The notes beneath the pieces are model-generated. The model had not been told where the DNA came from. It searched no databases and was given only the letters and a program-made list of their open reading frames with translations. The position numbers were made by a program, and so were the translations under genes. A DNA stretch of 64,000 nt from assembly GCA_046484285.1 (NCBI GenBank), contig JAWOBP010000186.1, forward strand, positions 10,178 to 74,177, in the 5' to 3' direction. The stretch is from Polyangia bacterium (lineage in GTDB: Bacteria > Myxococcota_A > Polyangia > JAAYKL01). Below, piece after piece: positions 8,448 through 16,852 of the stretch; the first letter of the stretch is position 1; every line of letters begins with the position of its first letter.

Positions 8448-10207
8448 GGCAGGCCCACTCATTGCCGCCGCCTCCCGTCGAGGGGACGCCGGAGCGCAGA
8501 GCGGTCGACGTCTTTCTCCGCTACCTGGAGGCCGAGGGCGCCTCGGTGGTGTTCGGGATTCCGGGCGGCCTGCTGCATCCCCTGTTCGAGGCGATCGAAT
8601 CTTGCGAGTCGATCGAGATGGTCGTGACCAAGCACGAGGAGGGAGCGGCCTTCATGGCCGACGGCTTCGCGCGCGGCGGTGGCCGGCTGGCGGTCTGCGC
8701 CGGCACCTCCGGTCCGGGGTCGACCAATCTGCTGACCGGTGTCTCGTGCGCCTTCGCCGACGGCGTGCCGCTGCTGGTGGTCACCGGCCAGGCGGCCAGC
8801 GGCGCGATCGGCAAGGGCGCCGCCCAGGAGACCGGGCGCGAGGACATGGACATCGTGGCGATGTTCCGCCCGATCACCAAGTACTCGGCGATGGTCACCT
8901 CTCCGGAGCAGCTCGCCGCGCACCTGCGGCGCGCGCTGCGGCGGGCGCTCAACGGCAGGCCCGGCCCGGTGCACCTCAACGTGCCGGTCGATTTCTGGGA
9001 AAAGCCGGTGCTGGAGGACTGGTTCGCCCCCGAGAGCTACCGCCCGATCTCGCAGGCGTTCGATCGGCGCGCGGTCCAGCGCGCCACCGAGGTGCTGCTC
9101 GGCGCGCGGCGCCCCTTGATCCTGGCCGGGGCCGGGGTCGGCGTGGCCGGGGCGCGCGATCACCTGCTGGCGCTGGCCGAGCTGCTGCCGGCGCGGGTCG
9201 TCACCTCTCCGCGGGGCAAGGGCCTCTTTCCGGAGAACCACCCGCTCTCGCTGGGAGTGCTGGGCTTCGCCGGACACCGCGAGGCCCGGGAGACGGCGCT
9301 CGGCCCCGATATCGACGTGCTGTTCACGATCGGGGCCTCGCTCAACGAGACCACGACCCTCAACTGGCACCCCGACCTGCGGCCCTGCGAGGCCTTGATC
9401 CAGCTCGACATCGACGCCGACCGGGTGGGGCGCAACTACCCGGTCGACGTCCCGTTGGTGGGCGACGCCCAGGCGATCCTGCTCGAGCTGATCTACCACG
9501 CCCATCGCTCGATCCGGGAGGGCAACAACCCGCGCTCGAGCTGGGGCTCGGCGCCCGAGCCGCTGCGCGGCCACGAGCGCTACCTGAGCTCCGAGCTGCG
9601 GGTCTCCGAGGAGCTGCCGCTCAAGCCGCAGCGCTGGCGCGCCGACCTGGAGCGGGCGCTGCCTCCCGACACCGTGATCTTCTCGGACATCGGCGGCCAC
9701 ATGCTGTTCAACATCCAGCACCTCTGCGTGCAGGACGAGCAGCGCTTCGTGCTCAACCTCGGCTTCGGGTCGATGGGGCACGGCACCGCGGCGCCGATCG
9801 GAGCGGCGCTGGCCGAGCCGCAGCGGCCGGTGGTGGCGATCGTGGGCGACGCCTGCTTCACGATGAACGGGATGGAGCTGCTCACCGCGCGCGAGTACGG
9901 GGTGCCGGTGGTCTGGATCGTGGAGAACAACAACATGCACGGGATCACCTGGCACGGCAGCCAGAAGGTCGGCCGCAAGCAACCCCTGGAGGCGATCCGG
10001 TACCGCGAGCCGCTGGAGGTGGCGGCGATCGCCAGGGCGATGGGGCTCGAGGCCTGGGTGGTGGATCGCCCCGGCCAGATCGAGGAGGTGCTGGCCCGCG
10101 CCCTGGAGCGGCGAGGGCCGGCGGTGATCGAGGTACGCGTGGACGGCTCGGTGGCGCCGCCGATCGGGGATCGGGCGCGCTCGGTGGCGGGCTTCGTCAG
10201 GAGGTGA
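8444..10207 (+). CDS. thiamine-pyrophosphate-dependent enzyme (acetolactate synthase / benzoylformate decarboxylase superfamily)
   Basis: 587 aa; TPP motif IVGDACFTMNGMEL...NN; N-terminal Pyr domain GIPGG; start overlaps HK stop (ATGA). Confidence 0.85.
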   Translation: MRQAHSLPPPPVEGTPERRAVDVFLRYLEAEGASVVFGIPGGLLHPLFEAIESCESIEMVVTKHEEGAAFMADGFARGGGRLAVCAGTSGPGSTNLLTGVSCAFADGVPLLVVTGQAASGAIGKGAAQETGREDMDIVAMFRPITKYSAMVTSPEQLAAHLRRALRRALNGRPGPVHLNVPVDFWEKPVLEDWFAPESYRPISQAFDRRAVQRATEVLLGARRPLILAGAGVGVAGARDHLLALAELLPARVVTSPRGKGLFPENHPLSLGVLGFAGHREARETALGPDIDVLFTIGASLNETTTLNWHPDLRPCEALIQLDIDADRVGRNYPVDVPLVGDAQAILLELIYHAHRSIREGNNPRSSWGSAPEPLRGHERYLSSELRVSEELPLKPQRWRADLERALPPDTVIFSDIGGHMLFNIQHLCVQDEQRFVLNLGFGSMGHGTAAPIGAALAEPQRPVVAIVGDACFTMNGMELLTAREYGVPVVWIVENNNMHGITWHGSQKVGRKQPLEAIRYREPLEVAAIARAMGLEAWVVDRPGQIEEVLARALERRGPAVIEVRVDGSVAPPIGDRARSVAGFVRR

Positions 10208-10211
10208 GCGG

Positions 10212-10916
10212 ATGAGCCGAAAAGAGGACCCGCTCGAGGACTGCCGCGGGCCGATGGACGAGCCGATCTGGCCCGAGCGGCTGGCGGCCAGGGTGATCTC
10301 GCCGGGACGCCCGCCGCGGATTCGCGGCTACGATGTGGAGGGGGACCTGGCGAGGCACTACTCCTTCGCCGAGGTGGTGCTCGCTGCGCTGTGCGGCGAG
10401 GCGCCGGATCGCGCCGCGGGCCGGGCTTTCGAGATCGCGCTGGTCTGGCTGAGCCCGCTTTCCGCGGCGCACGCGCCGGTGCACGCCGCCGGGCTGGCGA
10501 GACTCTGCGGGGCGGACACCACGGGCATCGCGGGAGTGGCGGCGATCGGGCTGGCCGAGCTGGCGCGAGAGGTCGCCGCACAGCACGCCGAGCTGCTGAG
10601 CTGGCTGGACGAGGCGCGGGGAGCGCCGCCGGACGGCTTCGCGCCGGCCGACGGCGAGGATCGGCGCCGCTCGGCGCTGTTTCGCGGACAGATCGGGGAG
10701 GCCGGCCTGGAGCTGCCGGACGGAGATCTGGGCCCGACGGCGCTGGCGCTGTGCGTCCTGCACCGCTGCGGGCTGCGCAGCCGCGAGCTGATCGAGGCGG
10801 CGCTGGTCGTCTCCCGGCTGCCGTGCGCCGCGGCCGAGGCGCTGGAGGTCCCGCCGCTGCGCTTCGACCAGTACCCGATCAACCTGCCGCGGTTTCGCTA
10901 CGTGGAGGACGAATGA
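10212..10916 (+). CDS. citrate-synthase-like protein, N-terminal half (split gene)
   Basis: IRGYDVEGDLARHYSFAEVVLAALCGEAPD resembles the citrate synthase LRYRGYDIEDL...FEEVAYLLL segment; AGGAGG 8 nt upstream of ATG. Confidence 0.5.
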   Translation: MSRKEDPLEDCRGPMDEPIWPERLAARVISPGRPPRIRGYDVEGDLARHYSFAEVVLAALCGEAPDRAAGRAFEIALVWLSPLSAAHAPVHAAGLARLCGADTTGIAGVAAIGLAELAREVAAQHAELLSWLDEARGAPPDGFAPADGEDRRRSALFRGQIGEAGLELPDGDLGPTALALCVLHRCGLRSRELIEAALVVSRLPCAAAEALEVPPLRFDQYPINLPRFRYVEDE

Positions 10917-11734
10917 CGCGGCGCGGACCGGAGCCGATCCCCACGCGCGTCGGGCTCAGCGGAGAGCGGGGAAACAGGTTTTGCGGGAAGTCCGTAGAGC
11001 GCGATCTGGTCGGCTGTTCGACTCCTTTGGATCTGGTCGCGCTCTGCTCGTTGGGACGACCAATCGATGAGGCGGAACACCGTTCGTTGAGCGATTTGTC
11101 CGTTGTGCTCACGGCTGCCGATCCCCGCATCTGGCCGCTCAAGCTGACAAGGCTGTTGGCATGCTACGGAAGATCCTTTTGCGGTATCGCCGGTGGGGTG
11201 CTCGGTCTGGTGGGCAATTCGCTTGGGCCTCAGTCGACTCAGGATGCCGCCGAGATGTTATGGAAGGTCTCTCGAGCACGCGAAGTGATCAGCGACGATG
11301 AAGGGGAGCTGCGCCGTTTGGTCGAAGAAGAAATCGGGAAACGTGGATACGTTCCCGGGTTCGGGATTCCGTATCGAAGCGTCGATGTGCGCTTGTCGGC
11401 TCTCGATCGCGAGATGGCCGAGCTCGAGAGAGATCGGCTGCCCTTCTACCGCTTGAAAGGATTGTTCCAACAGGTCGCATCAACCAGCTTCCCCAAGCTG
11501 ATACCGAACGTATCGCTGGGCGGGGCGGCGCTTTGCCTGGACATCGGTTTTCGCCCGGACCAGATAGCGCCGCTGGTGCTGTGGCTGGTTTCGCACACCT
11601 ATTTTTGCAACGCCGCCGAGGAGGCCTCCTCCAAGACGCCAGTCGGGCGGTCATTGCTGGAAACATCGATTGACTACGTGGGAAGATCTCCGCGTCGTTC
11701 CTCGCGGGAGGTCGAAGCCTCGACAAGCCGCTGA
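10913..11734 (+). CDS. citrate-synthase-like protein, C-terminal half (split gene; catalytic His apparently replaced)
   Basis: GYVPGFGIPYRSVDVRLSAL aligns with the citrate synthase VPGYGHAVLRKTDPR loop but has I in place of the catalytic His; ATGA overlap with upstream half. Confidence 0.5.
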   Translation: MTRRGPEPIPTRVGLSGERGNRFCGKSVERDLVGCSTPLDLVALCSLGRPIDEAEHRSLSDLSVVLTAADPRIWPLKLTRLLACYGRSFCGIAGGVLGLVGNSLGPQSTQDAAEMLWKVSRAREVISDDEGELRRLVEEEIGKRGYVPGFGIPYRSVDVRLSALDREMAELERDRLPFYRLKGLFQQVASTSFPKLIPNVSLGGAALCLDIGFRPDQIAPLVLWLVSHTYFCNAAEEASSKTPVGRSLLETSIDYVGRSPRRSSREVEASTSR

Positions 11735-12133
11735 CGTGCTGGAGCTTCGGAGTTTCTCGCCGCCGGCAAGCGACCACATGTCGGCTCTTGCCGGCTTCGG
11801 ACGGGATGGCGGGCATCGAAAACAGCGCGGTCCAGTGGACGCACCGTGCCGGTGATGTGAGCGCACCGGCCGTTTCGATTTTGTTGCAGGGGTAAAGAAC
11901 TCTTACATCCCCCTGTTTGGGGCCGAAAAGATCGGCTCACCCGCTTCGAGTCGGGTTATCGCGATCAATCTCCGCCCACCGGACGGCCCCCCGGCCCGAA
12001 ACGATTTACTCTCAGCGCGGATGGCTCTCGGCGACAGCGGGGTTTACTGGAGAGCGCTGCCGGGTTATTTATTGATATAGCTTGATTTTCGGAGCCTTGG
12101 CGGCTTCGGGGTCTTCTTGGCGGTCGATTGTCG

Positions 12134-13762
12134 ATGAGAGTATTGGCACATAGTTCTTGCTTGCGCTTGGTCACGCTGTTTCTTTTTCTCTTCGTTTTTG
12201 CCGGATCGGGCTGCGAGTCGACCATGACCGCGGTCTCCGGCGGGGGAGACGGAGGCGGCGATTACTCGGATCTGGGCTCGATCGAGGTCTACCCCCAGGG
12301 ACCGGTCACGCTCGGCTTCTTCGAGGAGCAGGTCTTCGATGTGCTGCTCCTCGACGGCGCGGGATACCCGCTGGCCGACGAGCCGGTGCAGGCGAGCCTG
12401 ATCGGTCCGGCCCACAACGGCCATCTGACGCCGTTCGAGCTGAGCACCGACTCCCAGGGCAGGGGTCAGATCGTCTTCTCCGCGCCCGACCAGGAGGCCC
12501 AGCTCGAGATTCGTTTCTCCAGCCCGGCCGCCTCGTCCGACGTCGCGGTCGATGTCCTGGTGGAATCGGAGCAGCTCTCGATCACGGCCGACGTCTCCTA
12601 CGGCGGGCAGCGCGAGCTGGCTCTCTTCGAGGCGCGGCTGTACCGCGACATCTCCTGCGAAGAGGTCGCCGGATCCGAGCCGGTCGCCCAGCAGTCCGCG
12701 CAGCAGCCGGCCAGCTTCGATTTCACCGGATTGCTCTCCGGCAGCACCTACGCGCTGCTGGGCGCGGGGAGCAACGAGGCCGGAGCGCCGAGAGCCGAGG
12801 CCTGCGTCGACGGGCTGGCGCCGGACGGATCGTCGGTGAGCCTGGCGCTCGAGGATCTGGCGCTGGAGCCGGCCGGGGTGTTCGAGGTGGAGATCGCGGT
12901 CGAGACCGACGGGGCCCTCTCGCCGGCGATCGGGGAGCTGGCCGGGAGCATGGACGATTTCGCCGGCGACGTCTCCGGAGCGATCCTCGACGCGATCCGC
13001 GACGAGCTGTCCGATTCGATCGCCGAGCAGCAGTTCGACGAGGTGCGCGCCACCGATAATCTCGACGCGGTGGTCGCCGATGATCTCGACGCGCGCGGCG
13101 TGGACGTGGCCGCCGAGCTGGATGCCGCCCGGAGCGGAATGGCTCAGCGCCTGGCCGAGACGACCATGCTCTCCACGCTGGAGATCGGGGCCGAGTCGGC
13201 CGGCGAGCGGGACTTCTACCACCGGATCGACGCGCTGGAGTTCCAGGGCCTGGACAATCCCTTCCAGGCGGCGCTGCCGGATACCGGCGAGGGGACGGCC
13301 TGGCTCGACGAGGACAATCTCGATACGCTCGTTCTCGGCCAGCACCAGGTCGGGTTGGCCCTGGGAACGCCGTTGCGCCACCTGCTGGAGGTCGAGCTGG
13401 CCGGCGGCGAGCCGGCGCCGGAGCTGGCCGCCTCGCTCGAGCAGATCGTAGATTGCGACGCCGTCTCTGCGGTGCTGGTTTCTCCGCTGGAGGGCGTGGC
13501 CACCCCGACGACGATCCTCGCCGGCTGCGAGGCCGCGATGATCGAGGCCCAGACCACGGCCGACCAGCAGCAGGCCCTGATCAGCGCCTCCTACGGCCAG
13601 GTGTTCTTCGCGCAGGGAAGCTGCGCGCTGTCAGATCCCGGCGCGGGCGACCAGGTCCAGTCGCTGGTCGACGGCGATTTGCAGATCGTGTGGGGCGGCG
13701 GAGCGTCGCTCGGTCCGATGTCCGCCACCTTCGGCGGAGAACGGATCGCGGACGAGCAGTGA
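12134..13762 (+). CDS. acidic secreted lipoprotein, unknown function
   Basis: MRVLAHSSCLRLVTLFLFLFVFAGSGC lipobox; very acidic, Ala/Asp/Glu-rich body; high third-position GC. Confidence 0.6.
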   Translation: MRVLAHSSCLRLVTLFLFLFVFAGSGCESTMTAVSGGGDGGGDYSDLGSIEVYPQGPVTLGFFEEQVFDVLLLDGAGYPLADEPVQASLIGPAHNGHLTPFELSTDSQGRGQIVFSAPDQEAQLEIRFSSPAASSDVAVDVLVESEQLSITADVSYGGQRELALFEARLYRDISCEEVAGSEPVAQQSAQQPASFDFTGLLSGSTYALLGAGSNEAGAPRAEACVDGLAPDGSSVSLALEDLALEPAGVFEVEIAVETDGALSPAIGELAGSMDDFAGDVSGAILDAIRDELSDSIAEQQFDEVRATDNLDAVVADDLDARGVDVAAELDAARSGMAQRLAETTMLSTLEIGAESAGERDFYHRIDALEFQGLDNPFQAALPDTGEGTAWLDEDNLDTLVLGQHQVGLALGTPLRHLLEVELAGGEPAPELAASLEQIVDCDAVSAVLVSPLEGVATPTTILAGCEAAMIEAQTTADQQQALISASYGQVFFAQGSCALSDPGAGDQVQSLVDGDLQIVWGGGASLGPMSATFGGERIADEQ

Positions 13763-14142
13763 GCGCGTCCCGTCAACGCGAGCGGGCGCTGCGCGCGGTG
13801 CGGCGGCGCGATCGGGCGGCGGCCGAGCGCGAGCTGGTCGCGGCCGAGCGCGGCCTGCGGCTCCAGGAGAGACGCCTCGAGCGGCTCCACGAACGCGTCG
13901 CCAGGCTGCGCAGGCGGGCCGCCGGGCCGCGGGAGGGAAGCGTCTTTCCGGCCTGGGCCCTGGCCTCGGGAGACGAGGCTCGGCGCCTGTGCCGCGCCGA
14001 GCTGGAGCGCGTCGAAGCCGAGCTGGAGCGAGTCTCCGGGCAGCGCGACCGGGCGCTCGATCGCCTGGAGAGGGCTCGCCAGGAGGCGGTCCGGGCCGCC
14101 CGCGCGCTGTCGGCGATCGACGGCAGAGACTTCAGAACCTGA
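13759..14142 (+). CDS. small Arg/Glu-rich coiled-coil protein (FliJ/YscO-like composition), hypothetical
   Basis: GTG start overlapping previous stop (GTGA); RERALRAVRRRDRAAAERELVAAERGL...; low confidence, GC-rich frames are easily open. Confidence 0.3.
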   Translation: MSASRQRERALRAVRRRDRAAAERELVAAERGLRLQERRLERLHERVARLRRRAAGPREGSVFPAWALASGDEARRLCRAELERVEAELERVSGQRDRALDRLERARQEAVRAARALSAIDGRDFRT

Positions 14143-15184
14143 GCAGCGCGGTCCCCCACAGGTAGCCGGCGCCGAACGCGGCCAGCACGCAGAGGTCGCC
14201 TCGCCGCAGGCGGCCGGCCCGCCGTTCCTCGTCCATCAGGATCGGGATCGAGGCCGCGCCGGTGTTGCCGATCCGTTCGATATTGGAGGGGGCTTTCTCC
14301 TCGGGGATGCGCAGCAGCTCCGAGAGCTTGTTGTTGATCCGGGCGTTGGCCTGGTGGAAGAAGAAGTGATCGACATCCTCCACCCTCAGGCCGGCCTCCT
14401 TGAGCACGCTCCGCGCGCTGCGCACGAGCCTCTTGACCGCGTTGCGGAAGACCTCCTGGCCGATCCAGAACGGGAGCTTGGTCTGGCCGGGCGGAAACCC
14501 CCGCTCGCTCCAGTACTGGCGGCACTTCTCGAGCTCCGGCGGCCAGGCGGCCTCGCCCGCGGCGAGACCGACGATGCTGTCGCTCGTCATCACCAGGTCC
14601 GGCACTCCCGATCCGTCTCCCTGCAGGTCGGTGATGATCGTTCCGCGCTCTCCGGCGGAGGGGCCCACCACCGCGGCGCCGGCTCCGTCGCCGAAGATGA
14701 CTCCGACCTGTCGATCAATCTTGAAATGATCGAACTCCTTCTCGGAGAAGACGCACAGCACGTGACGCGCCTGCCCCGACGAGATGTAGAGGTCGGCCAG
14801 CGACAGCGAGTAGACGAAGCCGGAGCACTGCTGGCGGATATCCAGCACCGGAATCGTGCGATCGATCCCCAACCGGAGCTGCACCACCATCCCCGGACCC
14901 GGGTACGAGAAGTCGGGAAACATCGTCCCTGCGATGATCATGTCTATCCGAGACGGCTCCAGGCCGGCGTCCTCGACGGCTCGGCGCGCCGCTTCCGCGG
15001 CCAGCGAGGCGCTCGTCTCCTCCGGCGCGGCGCGGCGCCGAGAGCCTATCCCCGTGCGCGTCCTGATCCATTCATCCGAGGTGTCCATCATCTCGGACAG
15101 CTCGTCGTTGCTCACCTCTCGCTCGGGTAGGTACGAGCCGATGCCGAGGATCCCGGATGTGATTTTTTTCCTGTTGTGAAGCAC
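14132..15184 (-). CDS. fabH: 3-oxoacyl-ACP synthase III (KAS III, FabH-like)
   Basis: 350 aa; active-site triad context QQCSGFVYSL, FHQANARI, GNTGAASIP; GTG start per ORF track. Confidence 0.85.
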   Translation of the reverse strand: MLHNRKKITSGILGIGSYLPEREVSNDELSEMMDTSDEWIRTRTGIGSRRRAAPEETSASLAAEAARRAVEDAGLEPSRIDMIIAGTMFPDFSYPGPGMVVQLRLGIDRTIPVLDIRQQCSGFVYSLSLADLYISSGQARHVLCVFSEKEFDHFKIDRQVGVIFGDGAGAAVVGPSAGERGTIITDLQGDGSGVPDLVMTSDSIVGLAAGEAAWPPELEKCRQYWSERGFPPGQTKLPFWIGQEVFRNAVKRLVRSARSVLKEAGLRVEDVDHFFFHQANARINNKLSELLRIPEEKAPSNIERIGNTGAASIPILMDEERRAGRLRRGDLCVLAAFGAGYLWGTALLRF

Positions 15185-15425
15185 GAAATCCTCTCGCCCG
15201 AACGCGCCGGCATGCTGCCTCGCTTTGGAGCGCCGGCGCCTGGCGCTTGTTTACCCGCCTTGGGCGCCGCGTGTAAACAGAAAAGGCGATCTTTGCGAAA
15301 TCGTTGAGGTAATCGACCAAATCACGGTTTCGTCACGATTCCGCCGGGTTCGCTTTCCCAGCGGGTTGACCGCCGGCGACCCGGCGCGCAACAATCGGCG
15401 GACTCGAAGCGGAACGAAAGAACGC

Positions 15426-16844
15426 ATGGACGCAATCAGCGAACAGATCGGCGCGGCCCTCGACGCCTACAACACCTACGTCGGCACCTATGCGCTGATG
15501 ATCCTGCTGGTTCCCGTGGGCCTGATCTTCACCGTCTGGCTCAAGGGGATCCAGATCCGCAAGTTGGGTCACTCGCTGGCGATCGTCCGCGGCAAGTTCG
15601 ACAACCCGGAGGACACCGGCGACATCAACCATTTTCAGGCGCTGTGCGCCGCGCTGTCGGCCACGGTCGGAACGGGCAACATCGCGGGCGTGGCGCTCGC
15701 GATCTACTTCGGCGGGCCGGGCGCGATGTTCTGGGTCTGGGTGACCGGGTTCGTCGGGATGGCCACCAAGTACGCCGAGTGCACGCTGGCCCAGCGCTAC
15801 CGCGAGGTGCACGAGGACGGATCGGTTTCGGGCGGGCCGATGTACTACATCGAGCGCGGCTGCCGGAAGGTGCTGGGACCGCTGACCAAGCCGGTCGCCG
15901 TCCTCTTCGCGGTGGGCGGCGTGCTCTGCTCGCTGGGGACCGGCAACATGGCGCAGAGCAACTCGATGGCCGACGCGATGCACCAGCTCGAGATTCCGCT
16001 GGCGGGCGGCTTCCAGATCCCCCACTGGGTCGTGGGGCTGTTGCTGGCGGGGCTGGTGGCGATCGTGATCCTGGGAGGAATCAAGCGCATCGCGCACGTC
16101 GCCGAGAAGCTGGTCCCGCTGATGGCGCTTCTGTACGTCACCGCCGGTATCTTCGTGGTCTTCATGCACATCGAGCGCGTGCCAGCGGTCTTCGCCATGA
16201 TCTTCGAGCAGGCCTTCACCGGCACCGGCGCGACCGGCGGGTTCATCGGTTCGACCTTCATCCTCACCGCGCGCTTCGGAATCGCGCGGGGGCTGTTCAG
16301 CAACGAGGCCGGACAGGGATCGGCGCCGATCGCTCACGCCGCGGCCAAGACGGAGTACCCGGTCCGCGAGGGTCTGGTGGCGCTGATGGAGCCGCTCGTG
16401 GACACGCTGATGATCTGCACGCTGACCGCGCTGGTGATCCTGACCACCGGAGCCTGGACCTGCGGCCGGATGGGGGCGGCGATGACCTACCGCGCCTTCG
16501 AGACCGGGATCGATGTGCAGCTGGGCTCGGTGCAGGTCGGCGGAGCGGTGGTCTCGCTGGGCCTCTTGCTGTTCGCCTTCACCACCACCATCTCCTGGTC
16601 GTACTACGGCGATCGCTGCGTGGGCTACCTGTTCGGCCGGCGCTGGGTGTTCCCCTACCGCCTGCTGTTCTGCGTGTTCGTCTTCATCGGAGCGGTGTGG
16701 GGCAAGGACCTGGTCTGGAAGTTCGTCGACGCGGTGATCACCGTGATGGCGGTGCCCAACCTGATCGCCTTGATCATCCTCTCGCCGGTGGTGGCTCGCA
16801 TGACACGCGAGTACTTCGACCAGCAGCACCGCCCGACGAGCTGA
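15426..16844 (+). CDS. alanine/glycine:cation symporter (AGCS family)
   Basis: MDAISEQIGAALDAYNTYVGTYALMILLVPVGL... approx 11 TM helices, AGCS signature GPGAMFWVWVTGFVGMATKYAE. Confidence 0.85.
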   Translation: MDAISEQIGAALDAYNTYVGTYALMILLVPVGLIFTVWLKGIQIRKLGHSLAIVRGKFDNPEDTGDINHFQALCAALSATVGTGNIAGVALAIYFGGPGAMFWVWVTGFVGMATKYAECTLAQRYREVHEDGSVSGGPMYYIERGCRKVLGPLTKPVAVLFAVGGVLCSLGTGNMAQSNSMADAMHQLEIPLAGGFQIPHWVVGLLLAGLVAIVILGGIKRIAHVAEKLVPLMALLYVTAGIFVVFMHIERVPAVFAMIFEQAFTGTGATGGFIGSTFILTARFGIARGLFSNEAGQGSAPIAHAAAKTEYPVREGLVALMEPLVDTLMICTLTALVILTTGAWTCGRMGAAMTYRAFETGIDVQLGSVQVGGAVVSLGLLLFAFTTTISWSYYGDRCVGYLFGRRWVFPYRLLFCVFVFIGAVWGKDLVWKFVDAVITVMAVPNLIALIILSPVVARMTREYFDQQHRPTS

Positions 16845-16852
16845 GGCGCTCG

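Noticed and set aside
12065-13381. 438-aa minus-strand ORF overlapping the 12134-13762 lipoprotein gene
   Set aside because: Antisense to a gene with a convincing signal peptide and lipobox; composition is Arg/Gly-rich artefact.
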